Part shown: positions 41,530-55,596 of the stretch, in pieces
Layout of the letters: each line of letters opens with the position of its first letter
Position numbering within the stretch: the first letter of the stretch is position 1
Assembly: GCA_951406725.2 (NCBI GenBank)
Contig: OX597824.1
Span: forward strand, 79,360,001-79,424,000
Source: Octopus vulgaris
Taxonomy: Eukaryota
Direction: 5' to 3'
Length of the DNA stretch: 64,000 nucleotides
Notes under the pieces: generated by a model
What the model saw: only the letters and a program-made list of their open reading frames with translations
Told to the model about the DNA's origin: nothing
The model's database searches: none
Made by a program: the position numbers and the translations under genes

Positions 41530-41538
<9 letters not shown>
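41212..41538. mobile_element. Foldback element with ~132-bp near-perfect inverted arms enclosing a hammerhead; probably Penelope-like (PLE) derived
   Basis: 41212-41344 (tattatatagagggtactattattcatagg...cagaatttagtt) is the reverse complement of 41407-41538; abuts a (TA)n tract. Confidence 0.8.
41342..41405 (-). ncRNA. Type I hammerhead ribozyme with canonical core, apparently intact
   Basis: Minus strand reads GUUGCA-CUGAAGA-GCG UAG AAUGCA UAUUC UGCAUU GAU UGC-GAAA-UCAC AG GUGA-UA-UGUAAC. Stem I is GUUGCA/UGUAAC, core CUGANGA, stem II begins with G10.1-C11.1, then GAAA, stem III UCAC/GUGA and an AUA triplet. Predicted cut between 41348 and 41347. Confidence 0.8.
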
Positions 41539-41587
<49 letters not shown>

Positions 41588-41799
41588 AAGATTACAACTT
41601 GCTTCAGATAGGACCACACAGTTCTAGATTTGCAAGTAGCAGTTTTGGTGTTCACTAAATGAAACACTTTTGAAATTCCAAGTAAATGTTAAAATATAAA
41701 ATAGCAAAATCTAAACGTTGGACACCGTTTCATTTGCAGACATAGTTCTATAACTGAAGATGCCTGTATTTAATACTGTACGTGGCAAAATCGCATCGT

Positions 41800-42230
41800 G
41801 TCCTAATGATTGGCTCTTCTGTTCAGCACCAGGGAATATGTACTGCAGCTCCCAACAATTACTGAGATTTTACAAAGCTCAAATGAGGTTCACATTTGGA
41901 GTGGGATGCTGCTACCGCACACATTGACATCCAGAAAAGGATCACCGGACTGACTAACATAAAGTCACTCACAAACACACTCATATCTTCTCTCGGTCTT
42001 TTCTACCGTTGCTATGATGACCTCTGCTTCTCAGAGCTGGTTAGGCTCATGCCAACCTCCACTCAGGCATCCCTGACCCAATCGCTTCTTCACCTCACAT
42101 CACACTTGCTCTGTCGAAATACACCAGGCTTTGCGCTAATCACCATGCCCAGTCCTTCCTTTCCTGAACATCGGTCCCTCTGAAAATGCCTCTTGGCCCA
42201 TATCTTTCCTACAGTGGTTGACTTAGGTTC
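41800..42230 (+). mobile_element. Degenerate non-LTR retrotransposon ORF2 C-terminal fragment
   Basis: Frame-broken motifs YKAQ..., HIW, DIQKR, SSLGLFYRCY..CFSEL resemble CR1/Jockey-group post-RT sequence. Confidence 0.55.
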
Positions 42231-44165
42231 AAGAGTAATATTGGTTTCGAATTTTGGCACAAGTCCAGCAATTTCGGGAGAAGGGGGGGCCTAGTAGATT
42301 AGATCAACCCCAGTGTTCAATTGGTATTTATTTTATCGACCCCGAAAGAATGAAAGACAAAGTCGGCCTCAGGGGAATTTGAACTGAAAACGTAAAGACT
42401 AGCGAAATGCTGCTAAGCTTTTTGTCCGGAGTGCTAACGATTCTGCCAGCTCGCTGCCGTATCGGGACAAACGTAATATGAATGGCATCACTCTCACTAT
42501 GTAGGAGGTCCTGCAAAGGCTATTGGCACTGATACTCCTACCAAAAATCAGCAAGTGACGCGCGCGCGTACAAAAACATACAACAGAGTCGAACATGGGA
42601 GATGAATTTGTGGAGAAGTTATATTTGCTTCACTTGAGAAGGAATGGCTTTCGTTTTTAAGAGTTGGAGAGGGGAAGCTTTCACAGAAACGAAAGAAGAA
42701 AAAAACAGAACACAAAGAGCGGAATATTAATACAACAATGTATATTGGTATTTTTACTGTGGGAATTCAAACAATTTATCTTACATGAAAATAAACAAGC
42801 ATGAAGAAAAAGAAACAAAGGCATTCTCAGTTCACTTGTTGGCAAGCAAACAAGGGAATCTGTGATTGCTCCATGTGCTAGAAATAGCAGTCAAATCTCC
42901 TTCAAATAACACGTCGCAATTCTATAAAAAAAAAAATTTAAAAAAAAACGGAAATGCCAAATTGTTTAATTTACTCTTAGATACACTATGACTAGAAAAA
43001 GGTGGGGGGGGGCTATATGGTTGCAGTTGGAACGGTTTTATCAAATCTGAAACAGAGTTGAGCTGGAGCAAAACAAATAACAAATGATCATCTTATGAAA
43101 TCGTTTTAAATTATATTCGCCGATGCAGTTATTTCAACTATTTTTCTTACCTATGGACCCCTTTCATTCCCATATAACTCAAACTGGACCTTCATACCCA
43201 TTCGATGATTTTTTTAAAATCCTGTTATATTTTTATTAATTATACAGAATTAGGAATTGTACTAAAAAAAATTGCTAAAATATTTTGTGTATCGTAGAAG
43301 TATAAGTAATTTATTGCTAATAAATTCTAACAGTAAAATCTTCATATGGACCCCCAAATGACCATATGCGGATTGAGACCACACTGCTCTAACGGAACTA
43401 AATGAAGTCTGAAGACTTAATAGATTTTTAGCTTCTTTCTCCAATTCGTACAGAGACATCGCTCCATTTCAACACTTGAACATCATGTTGTCCGTTCTTC
43501 AATTCTCTGTCTACGTTTTAATGATATTTTACAGCAAAAAAATACCACGTTTGTAGTAGTGTTTCAAAACAAACAATATACAACGCATATGAAGAGATGA
43601 TCTAGTAATATCTGTGTAGAGAAAATCTTATAAATCTGTCTAAGTTCTTGTTTCTTTGTGAGGGAGGTGGTACCTGTCAACTATACAATTTCTCACGTCC
43701 ATCTCATTTCCTAGTCTCGTAGCACTAAGGTTTCAAAACTTAACCGAACTTTAATTTTTTTTTGTTTTATCACAACTACTAAGCTGAGAGTTAGTACTAG
43801 CAAACTTCTAAGGTATTCGATCGACTTGCTAGAAATAATAACTAAATTTAAGAAAAGAGAAAAATAAGAATCTCACACCGGATAATGCATTTCTTCCTGA
43901 CAAGAAAGAAAATCAAAAACAAAACCATGGGTGTTTTTTTTTTTTTACTTATTCTTCTCAACAAAAAGTAAGATTTGTCACTGAACTGGATCTGTTCGGA
44001 AAGGGAGAAAGGTTACTTGTACTCTTAACGAGAAAATAAAAGGAACAAACAAATAAAAAGGAACTCTGGTGGGGCAGTAAAGCTAGATTAAGGGATCATC
44101 TCTTTGTTCTACATACCCGCTGCTATGAGGACAGACCTGTTGGAGAGGACTTAACAATGTCCAAT

Positions 44166-44201
<36 letters not shown>

Positions 44202-44223
44202 CTTACACCTGTCTTCGTCTTTT

Positions 44224-44273
<50 letters not shown>

Positions 44274-44275
<2 letters not shown>

Positions 44276-44643
44276 ATCTTTTCGGTTTGAACGGCAGTTT
44301 TTAACATAATTTCTAGGTAACTAAAAAATTTTAAACTTCGTATACTGGTAGAATGGGTTTATAAAAGAATCTTTTTCTCTTGGTTTTATTGAGAAAATTC
44401 TATAGTTTGTAAGATATTTGTTGGTTTTTTTTTTCTTGAATTTCTGCAATTTCAACCAATCACTGACGTCTATTGAGGTAAAAAAAACATTCTGTGCCGT
44501 ATGAATATGTCCCTCGTTTAAGAAACAGATAGGGTTTATTTACATTTGTGAAGAAGAAAAAGATACCCTTCCCCCACCCCTAACCCTAAAACATATTTCA
44601 TATGACACCGCTAGAAAAAAACTGCCGTTCAAACCGAAAAGAT

Positions 44644-44645
<2 letters not shown>
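44274..44645. mobile_element. Same GGATC-TIR MITE, opposite orientation, inserted in (TA)n
   Basis: GGATCTTTTCGGTTTGAACGGCAGTTTTT ... AAAAACTGCCGTTCAAACCGAAAAGATCC; ccctaaccctaa inside. Confidence 0.85.
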
Positions 44646-44702
<57 letters not shown>

Positions 44703-45336
44703 GAAATTCGATGCATTATACAAGTTTTCCACTGAAAGTAATAGGCTGCTGTATTTCCCAAGTTGAAATATATATTCATTCTTCGCCATCTAAAGCTGTT
44801 TGTTGCAAAGCAATAAAAGGTGTGTGTGTGTGTATATATGTGTATATATATAACTGAATGAGCGAAATGGTATCGTAGAATAATAAGTACCTAAGTCAAC
44901 ATACATTCAGTGAGTAGTTACAACTGCATCAAAGAACGTAAAACTGCCAAAAACTGCATGGAAAGAATTTCTCGAGGCTGCAAAGAGCTTCTTCAACAGA
45001 CCAGCTTAAAACATGTAATCATATAAACATGCCGCAAAAAAAAAAAACGAAAACAGTTTTTGCTCTCAACGTGTGTAGTTATTAAACACACAAACAAACA
45101 AGCAAAAAAAAAATGTACCTATGAACATGAGACAAAATCTCATTATTAGGGTGCTGGCATCTGGAAAGTAGAGGTAGATTGAGGGTGGCGGAGTAAAGAA
45201 TTACTCAAAGCAAGGTTGCTGTTTATAACGAAGCAGCAAACAAGAAACCATGGGTGGGAGGAGAATCTGTTTATGGCGCCAATTTATTTAGAGGAGAACG
45301 GGCTATGGGAAGAGGAGGGGGAATGACTAAATACGC

Positions 45337-45398
<62 letters not shown>

Positions 45399-45749
45399 CA
45401 TGCATATATATGTATATATATATATATTAACACCGCCACTACCACGTCTGGGAATTGGTATAGCTTTCAATGGCGGCCTTCGGAAACCAACACTCGAAAT
45501 ATAGAAAGAAAGAAAAAAAAATTAATCTGTAAATTAATTAGTAATTTTTAAATTAATGACAAAATCAAAGATAATACATACAAACATCTCTCTCTCTCGC
45601 TCTCTACATTATATATATATATAACTGCGGGAAAAAGTATGTCAGAGAATGACTGTTACCCCGAATGTAAAAACGATTTAATCAATATTTTCAGTTGTCT
45701 TATTGCTAATTAGCACAGTAAAGAAAAAATTTTTAAATAAATAAATAAA

Positions 45750-46147
45750 AACAGAGAGAGAAAAAAAAATAAGCTCTAAGTCCATTTAGATCTGTGTCCG
45801 TGTGTTTAATGGACGAGAGAACCAGAGATAAAGGAGAAATACGAATACAGAGGCGTGAAACAGGATCAGATAACAGCGATCCGGGTGGACGGGTGGATAC
45901 ATTACGACCAGGCATAGCAAGCAGACTGTGTACGAGAACATTACTACGAGAGCGGGGGATAGTAGTAGGTCGAGAAAAGGAATAAAGATAGACATGTTTT
46001 AGTGACAATGAGAGAGATTTGCCTGCCCGTTACATACACCCAGCTATCACAAAAACCTGTTGTCGCTAGAAGAGACACAGTACGTGCGTACCACAACGTA
46101 CTTGTGTGTAAAATGCACATCGGTTTGTCTGAGTGTGTTATGTGTAC

Positions 46148-46184
<37 letters not shown>

Positions 46185-46860
46185 AGAAGAGAGGTGGGGG
46201 AACAGGAAGCTTTGCCAACAACGAACACAACCAATTCTGCATGTTGTAGTAGCAATAGCAACTACACACACACACACCACAATGTACAGAAAAGCGTGTG
46301 CAGCATAAATTATTCCTCTCTCTCTCTCTCTCTCTCATTCTGTTTACAAAGCAAGTGTTTTCTTTTCTTTTTTTTTCCCCCTTTCTCGTTTTAGTAGCAG
46401 TAAATATTAACACTATATTATTATTATAGTAACAACGACCACCGTGACTGCGATTTCTACCTCTTCCCATGCGTTTTGTCTGCCTTGCTGCTTTTGTTAT
46501 ACAGTGCACATGGAATAATATAAAACAGAAACAGTAAATTTCTATGAGAAAAGCAATTCTTTCTTTCTTTCCGGCTGGATTGAGAAAGTCGGCAGAATCC
46601 ATATACATCATCATCATCATAGCAAGCGCCATATTTCGCGACCCAATTTCGATTCGCCATCGCAAGATAAATCGCATTTTGCTCATTCGTGCATCTTTTA
46701 GAAAAAGCATGAACTTCACAGCGAAATCCATGAAGTATATGACTTCTGAATCTCGACTGGCGAGTTCGTTTAACCCTTCCACACATAAAAAAAAAAAAGA
46801 AAACGACTCGGGAGTGGGAAAAAAAAATAACAATTCATGTCTGCTATCGAAATAAATTCG
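45750..46860 (-). promoter_or_regulatory. Candidate CpG-rich promoter or regulatory island
   Basis: TE-free and CpG-dense; YY1-like AAATATGGCGC on the minus strand (46636-46626) overlapping an E2F-like TTTCGCG. Confidence 0.4.
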
Positions 46861-48584
46861 CCACTAAACACTGTCGAAAGAGTGTACCAGTCAAGTGCTA
46901 AGGTCACTATAATCGACTATTCCTCACACACACACACTTTAATAGCAGACTCAGTAGAGCATCGGGCAGACTACCTTGTATTATTTAGTTATGTCCCTTA
47001 CTATTCTTAGTGCAGAACTGTCATAGTCGATAAAATAAGTACGTAACAGTCGAGAAGTGACGGGCATCCGTTATATATTGAACAACTATATAACCTGCAC
47101 CAAAATTGGTGAACTTGTGCACATGCTCCAAATAACTATTATTGTAATAAACTAGTTATTCGGCCTTTTTGAACCTAATATAATAACGACGTTCTAACAG
47201 TGACCATTCCAACACTTTATCTAAGGTATCTTTCACCACCCCTTTTATGTCGGTAGAAGGTGTGATGCGAGGAAGATTTAGCTTGCTATTTCTAGCAGAT
47301 CGAATAAGCGCGGATAGGTGGGACCTCCTTCTTGCAGTAGTAAATCCAACATTAAGTTTCGATTCCAAAGAGGAAATTACTTCGGTTGCTGAACCGAAAC
47401 CGTTATGGAGGGTGGTGAGAGGTCAAGCGCTGGCTGGACAGAAGATACATATATACTGACCACCTCTCGGATTCTCCCCTCCACACCTCTCACGACTCTC
47501 GAGACCACTTGGTTTACAGTAAGGCGGGGGGGAGAGGTTAAGGTGGGGTGGAAGAGGGAGAAGAACAGTTGCTCGCTCGCTCGCTGTGAATAATTCAATG
47601 AAGGCCATGTAAATAGAAACGCTTTCGCCGAGCATCTAACAATGAGTTAAAACGAACCTGTTTCAAGGTGACAATACCGTCGCTGCACACATATTTTCCA
47701 CTGGAATATCAATGGAATGGGGTGGGATGTAACAGTGATGATGATGATGATGATGATAAAGGATATTGATTTCTCTCACATTGCCACAAAGCAACAAATA
47801 ATAAAGATGATTATGACGATTTCGTTTGTTGAAACAGAAGGCCAATTTTTATAGGTTTATCGAGAGAGAGAGAGAGAGAGAGAGAGAGGGCATCGAATCC
47901 CCCGACACAAGACTATCTTAACGCGACAAAAAGAGAGGGGGCTTTTGCGTTGGCGCTCGACCTGCTAGAAATAGCAGACAAATTTCAAATCAAATCACGA
48001 CCTATCGTCTACAAAAGACAAAATAGCCGTGACTTAAATGCCTCTGATCGTAAAATGTGGTGGTCTCTTCCAGGGTTGACCTGGCACTGTAAACATTTTT
48101 CTTCTTTTTAACTTGTTTTATTGCCTTCAGAAGCATTTATGAAGCAATAAGATGGGCACGAGACAAAAACTAAACACTGTTTGGTCCGATACTAATAAGA
48201 AATGATGATGATGATGAAAAAGATTTACAACATTGGCACAAGGCCAGAACAGTAGTGAGAGAAAGCAGCAAGCAACCATAGCCTAATTTTGCCGAATACA
48301 GAAATATAGAAAATATTGGATCGCTCGCTTTCTTGGGTAATTCCTTGAACTGTGTATTTATTTATTATTTGTTAAAATTTAACACACACACACACACACA
48401 CGTCGATTATTAATAAATGTATCTGAAATGGATAAGAGAAAGTGAAAGCGCAGAGCTTATTAGAGCTTAGAAGACAAAAACAATATCATCACACATTGTT
48501 AACACAATGAAATGGCTAAGTCTTCTTTAACACTACTTCGATGCTTGAAAGCATGGAAGGAAGTCAGATCAATTGTAGCTCTTT

Positions 48585-48622
<38 letters not shown>

Positions 48623-49206
48623 AGAGGAACTGACAGAGTGGTGAGCGAAATCGTAAAGTAAAACTACTACATTCAGTCTGCTGTGTTTTTCAGCATGCCG
48701 ACTTGAAAGAGGGCGTCAACAACCACCTGAAGTTGAGTATGTGCGTGTGAAGAGAGAGACAGACAGACACACAGAAGAGAGAGAGAGAGAGAGAGAGAGA
48801 AAGAAAGACAAATCTTTTAGAAAAAGAGAGTCAAACAGAAGACGAACACACATACATATAAGACAGACAAGAGTCATAACACAATTATTCCATTTTTCTG
48901 CACTAACAACAGTATCAAAGTCTTCCGTCGTACGACTACGATCTATCTGGTCGCAAATATCCCCTTTTACATTGGTACATACAATGTTAGAGCCTGTTTC
49001 AGGTGCAATTTAAAGTCACTTTTTTTTTTTTAAAATATATCTTAAAACTCTACAGAGTTCTTTTTTTAGTTGATGCTTTCTTTAAAGTGATTTGAACATA
49101 TGTTTAAAAAAATATATATGCGTGTGTGTTTTTGTCAGCAGAGTACAAGCCAGATATTGATAAGTGAAATGCACATATATATCTCTGTGTGTGCCTCTCT
49201 CTCTCG

Positions 49207-49248
<42 letters not shown>

Positions 49249-49384
49249 GCAAAAGAGACCGCTAGATTAAGTACTGGGCTTACAAAGCATATGTCCCGGG
49301 GTCGATTTGCTCGACTAAAGTTGGTGCTCCAGCATGGCCGCAGTCAAATGACTGAAACAAGTAAAAGAGTAAAGAGTAAGAGTG

Positions 49385-49440
<56 letters not shown>

Positions 49441-50101
49441 ACACTTACTTGGTGATTACTGAAATGTCAGATCGTTCTATTTTAGCCTACTTAAAGAAAT
49501 AAATATATAAAACTGTACACACATGCATACATACAGACAGACAGAATGGTGTAGCAAACTCAGTCACTGCTTCATTAAAAAGGAACTAGATTGACCCTCT
49601 CCCAATCAAAAAGCACAAAAACCGTTAGTCATATAAGAGGAACCAACTGTATTTGGTATCAAGGGTTGATTGGATGGTTAATGAACGTTACCATGCATAT
49701 ACACAGTTCTAAAGTTTAATGCGAAACAAAAAGGACTTCGCTTCTTATGAATTTTGAAAGTATGTAATCTAGCCTTTTTTCTTTTTTTCAGTATATTTAT
49801 CTTTTAAGGATTGAAGCTCAATTTGCTCTCAAATTAATTTATACAACTTGGGAAATACTATAAATAGCATGCACACCAAATATGTTGTGTGTATATATAT
49901 TTTTTTCTTTTACTTGTTTCAGTCTTTGGATTGCGGGCCATACCGGGGTACCACATCGAAGGGCTTAGTCGAATAAATCGCCCCGAGTACTTATTTTTAA
50001 GACTGGTTAGTTACTATCGATTTGTTTTTTGTCGAACTGCTATGTTACGATGACGTAAACAAACAAACATCGGTTGTCAAGCGATGGCGGGATGCACTCA
50101 C

Positions 50102-50132
<31 letters not shown>

Positions 50133-52244
50133 GTTCTTTCACTTTCTGTCTACCAAATTGACAAGGCTTTATTTGGCCCGGAGCTATAGTGCAAGACACT
50201 TGCCCAAGGTGCTGCAAAACGGGAATGAACCCAAGACCAAAACCCACACAAACACACGTTAATGTACTTATTATCAATATTTGAAAATTATATATTCTTA
50301 AAACTCGATATTTAGTTAAAGTACTAAGTCTTTTCTTTCTCTTTTCCGTTTTAAAATCATTTAAACATTTCGTCAGTTAAATTGTAAGCACGCCCCCAAA
50401 ATAACAAGTGTATTAATTAAAGACGCAAAATTCGAAAGACTGTGTGCAGAGAATGGCGACACAAGATTAGAAAGAACGTACAGAAAATGCTGAAGACTGT
50501 CGATTTACCTACCATTCTACTAGTCTTTTTCCCAAACAACCTGGTATTTTTCCTAGCACGAGTGGACAAATGCTATTAAAGAAAACATAACTCATAAATT
50601 TAACTAGTTATCGAAACTCTTCATACGAGAGTAAAAATAGTGAGTGCCAGAAGATCTTCTTCCTACCTAAAACTCCCTTAACTATTTTGAAGAAACTCTG
50701 AGAGAGGCCTTTAATAGTATCAATAAAAAAAAAAACGTTCAAAAGCTGGCAGAATCGTTGCCGCGCCGGACAAAATGCTTAGCGGATATTTCTTCCAACT
50801 TTACGTTCTCTAAATACAAATTACGCCGTTGGTTGACTTTGCTTTTCATGCTTTCGGGGTCGACCAGTCATGTACAGGGGTCGATGTTAGCGACTAGCCC
50901 CTTCCTCCTAAAAAATTGCTGACCTTGTGCCAAAATTAGAAAACAATATGGAACCGTCCAGTAAACGAAATAAATTACGATGAGGTTGTATTGCTTGTAT
51001 ATTAATAATACTCAATCAATTATGTTCGTTAAGTTTACAACTTTTCACGTTACATCTCACCGAGTAACTTTTGATTTCCACTCCCCCAACTGGATATATT
51101 AAAATAATAGCCATATTCAACCAGCTACACAACTTGATAGCTCAACCTGCTAGAAATAGCAGCCAAATCTCACCATACTATCTGAAAAAAAAAAAAATAG
51201 ATTATCTAGTACTAGATAATTCTAAAAAGACGGTATAAGTTACAACTGAAATTCTTTTGCTCAGAAGTTTTACTTGATCCTAGAGTCTCCAACAGCAACA
51301 CTATCTATCGCTAAGGCTCAGTTTTCAGTTTGAGTAAACTTATAATTACTACGCTGATCGCCCGATCGACAGTCGTACAAACAGGACAAGGTGAAGTAAT
51401 TCTTTCGTCTCTGCTGTGATCTTTTAGGACCAATTTAATTTATTGTTACCTCTCTCACAATGTGAGACACCATGTCTTCTTCGCCCAGAGCCATTTTGCA
51501 GCCGCTCGACATTCAAATATCGCCTAACCTCCCTCTCAGATCACTCGCTTCCTTTCTTAAAAAGAAAAGCTATGTGTATGCCGGGGCTCAAACTGTAATC
51601 ATCTCGTGTTTCAAAAACAAAACAGTGTAGTGTGGTCACATCTTGAACAACTTTGATCCTAGATCTGGGGCTAAACACCATTGTTATTAGCATTAATTAA
51701 TTAGCAGGGCAAAGAACGGCGCAAACGGAAGAACACCATACTAAATAACACTGAAGTAAATAGTTTATGTCATTTCAGGTACAAGTTCAAACCTCGCCAA
51801 AGTAAGATTTTGCTTTTCATCCTTCCGGTATCAATAAAAGTAATAGTTAAGCACGTTAGGTTAATTAAATTAGTGAACTAGTGCAAAAGTCGGAAATCAT
51901 TAAGATTCGCGGTCACTTTAACGAAGATTATACCTTTAGATTCGTTCGTGTTACATTCCTAATAATATGGTCTGTTATTTCCTCCCTGAAGCCCTCTTTA
52001 ATTATAATATGACTACGTGAGTGATTATAAGCTGTGTTTTATTTTATTTTTTATTAAGAACAGAATATGAACTTGGGTGAAGTGGAAATAGCACCCAGTT
52101 TTGCAAGCCTTCCTACACTGGTAAAATTGATGTGATCAATACTCAAACATCTGCAAGAAAACATAGTTTTCAGTTTGAGTAAGAAACTAAGCAAGGACAA
52201 TCTGGTCCAAACGATAAAGGCACCAAGGTCTACAGGCGATAGTA

Positions 52245-52856
52245 CAAGGTGCTCAAAAAGTCTCTCCGCAGTAAGTATTTTATTGCAAAATAAATATTTG
52301 TAAGATGGTATAAGACTACCAAAGAATATATTAGACTTTACAAAACTTCAAAAAGAGGTGCTTAACCCTTTTGATACCAACCCGGCTGAAATCGGCTCTG
52401 GCTCTGTAGTACAAATGTCTTGTTTTCATAAGTTTTGAATTAAAATCTTCCACCAAACCTTAGTCACAATTTATGTTCCTAACTCTAGCTTAATGATAAC
52501 GAAGTTATTTTACTATAATCTTTGTTATATTTAAAGTAATTGAAAGAAACACAGAGCACCTCGAAATATGTACAGTAACGAAAGGGTTAAAGTGTCGTCC
52601 TTCATTTTCAATACATAAGTTGTCTCTTCCACACATGCTTTGAAATAGTCTGACGCGGTATGGACCATATGAAGGTTATGATTGCGCATTTTAGCTCATT
52701 AATGGTTTTCGGGCAACTCTTGTACACTGATCCTTTACTTGCTCCCCAGAAAAAAAATCTGGCAGTGTTAAATCAGGTGATCTTGATGGCCAAAGTCCCC
52801 TCGAAATAATCCGTTCACCGAAAAATTCACTGCGGAGAGACTTTTTGAAAACCCTG
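52245..52856 (-). mobile_element. Internally deleted Tc1/mariner-superfamily element (maT/rosa-like), interrupted by a piggyBac MITE
   Basis: TA-flanked TIRs caaggtgctcaaaaagtctctccgcagt / actgcggagagactttttgaaaaccctg; minus strand WPSRSPDLTLPDFF(fs)WGASKGSVYKSCPKTINELKCAI at ~52792-52680. Confidence 0.85.
52366..52586. mobile_element. piggyBac-type MITE nested in a mariner element
   Basis: TTAA|CCCTTTTGATAC ... GTAACGAAAGGG|TTAA. Confidence 0.85.
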
Positions 52857-52878
52857 TATTATTAAACTTGACGAAGAT

Positions 52879-53270
52879 CTGGCAAAATCGTTAGCACTCC
52901 GGACAAAATACTTAGCGGCATTTCGTCTGCCGTTACGTTCTGAGTTCAAATTCCGCCGAGGTCGACTTTGCCTTTCATCCTTACGGGGTCGATAAATTAA
53001 GTACCAGTTACGCACTGGGGTCGATATAATCGACTTAATCCCTTTGTCTGTCCTTGTTTGTCCTCTCTGTGTTTAGCCCCTTGTGGGTAGTGAAGAAATA
53101 GGCATTTCGTGTTTTACGTCCTGAGTTTAAATTTCGTCCAAGTCGACTTTGCCTTTTGGAGTCGATGAAATAAGTTGATTAACGGGATCGATGTAATCGA
53201 CTAGCCCCACTTCCCGCCTCCCCCGACCCAAAAAAAAATTTGCAAGCCCTGTGCCTATAATAGAAAGGAT
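52879..53270 (+). mobile_element. SINE family B, partial dimer
   Basis: Head ctggcaaaatcgttagcactccgg, B-box gagttcaaattcc, core repeated after aagaaatagg. Confidence 0.8.
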
Positions 53271-55596
53271 TAGTAAACCGGGTGGCGGAAAGTACAATTG
53301 TCAATATTCTCAATCCACTGAATCAATAACAAATCCTCGATCCAATGAGGGAATATATTGTAGCTCGACCTGCTAGAAATAACCATAACGGCCTCAAATC
53401 ATAAGAAAGGAAGAACACACTGGACGATGTAATCTCTGTTATACAAAAAAAAACGGAAGAGTCACGACTGGAATGTCTTTGATCACAGGTCAACTCGATT
53501 AGGGTCAAACAACAGCAACAACAAATATAAAATCGGTGAGATGAAAAAGATCTATAAAAATGTTTACATGATTATCGATTAGACAATTTATTTAGCCTCC
53601 ACTCTCTTTGCTGAGATATATCATCGAGTCGATGCAAATATCAACAGATCGAAATAAGTTTTCCTTATTATAGAATTTCCAATGCTTCAAAATTAAGATC
53701 CAAAACAATAGCAACCGGATGTGATCGTTGTAGAATGAATTTTAAATGGTCAGTGTCTAGCATCAGATCAGCTCTGATCTGTCTGAGCAAACAATAATGA
53801 TCAAAGATGCTCCAGCCGTGACTATCCCATCTTACTTTCAGACAGTGTTTCTAGAACTACAGTATGAGATGTGTCCTTCAATTTTTAAGGAAGATTCATT
53901 TGAATGTGATTTGAAGAAGAGTTGGCTGCAATTTTCATATAAAGTTTCTGGTTTTAATTTTCTTTCTTTTGGAAATACCTTTATATTTAGCGCCTAAAAA
54001 AATCTCGTTTGACTTAATCAATCTCTCTCTCACCCTCTCTCTCTTCTTTGGCAAGGTATAAATATATAAGTAAATCGAACATTGCTGCCATTACTCTCGA
54101 GGAAGGACATAGAAAATTTTTATTTCCTAACAAGTCTCAAGGATATGATGAATCAGATAAAGTTTTGTACCTGAAAGTTCTTACAACGAACAAATAAACT
54201 CTACATGCAATGAGAACTTTTTCTCACGTGTATACATAAACGTGCGCGAAATACATATTCATTATAAATATGTATATGATGGGCTTCTTTCAGTTTCCAC
54301 CTACCACCTCCACTTACAAAGCGTTGGTCGGCTCGGAGCTACAGACACTTGCCCGAGGTTCCACGCAGTGGGACCGAAACCATACACTTAACGTGAACGT
54401 CTCCTTCGCTACGTCATATTTACCCACCAAATCAATCAGATTCAACAGGTGCCTGTCCGTACCGTGATGCAACAATCCACCCATCACCACTGCTAAATAT
54501 GGTAATACTGAGCCAACTTAATAATTTCTAAAAAAGCAGGAGAATGTAACCAAGCCGTATAAAGACCTCCTGCAAATCTCTGGCTAGTAAGGTTGTACAA
54601 TATCATTTAGAAATCGTAACTCCTGTTCAAAGTATTCGTACAAGACTTTCGTATCTCGGGACGGTTCTTGTGCCAATAATACGAACTAAGAGACAGACAC
54701 TGGTGCACACCTAGAGCAGTGAAGAGCATGCCATTGGCACGAAAGGACTTTTGACGAATCTGATTGATTGAATAACCGAGCGGTTAATCAAATAATCGAT
54801 TAGTTTACTGGTTAAATAGTTAACCAATTGACAAATTAATAATAATATGAAATAGAACTTGTGCGCGAGTGTTGTCGGCAACAAAATATGTTTTAATACA
54901 CGAGTTCGCATCAAGAATCTTGCAAACCGAATACTAAAACGATTAGAGTTCTTGGGAGAGAAAACTAGTTGTCAACTCGTTTGTTATGGGAGGTTTATTC
55001 AACACTTTTCGGTCAATCAACTTGCAAGAAATAACACCGTTATTTCCCCCTTTTCACAATATACTGTCTGAAAAAAATAAAAAAAAAGATGGCCACATTG
55101 GACAACGTAGCCCTAGATACACTATGCTTGAAAAATTACAAGATTGTAACACCATTGACGTCGATCCTAAGCCTGCGCGATTGAGACTGATACAGAATGG
55201 ACTAAAACAACCTTTTATGTTGAATGTGCAGAATTTCATTACTTTGAGGATAACATAAACCGAAGAATTATGGATCGAGCCAAGATCTGGAAATCAATGT
55301 GTTTTCAAACAAGGAAAATATAACATAGATCTATTTGAAAGCATGTTCAGCAAAATTAGGCTACGAGGTCGTTGGCTCTAGGTCAACTTTGACTAGACAC
55401 AATAAAAAACATTCCAGTCTCGACTATTCAGTCTTTTGTTCGAGCATATTTTTAGAATTAAAGTATTTGACGGGATATAATATGAGGTTGTTTTGCTGCT
55501 TTATCTAGCAGTACGATCGGCAATTATGAAGAGGTTCTTTCAAAAGGTTCATAACTACGGTAGAGTGCACCGAGAATTTAGCTCCTGATGCTCTAA

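Noticed and set aside
46138-46833. 231-aa minus-strand ORF
   Set aside because: Runs through poly-T, (ATG)n, (GA)n, (GT)n and (TA)n tracts and has no recognisable domain; better explained as promoter/UTR sequence.
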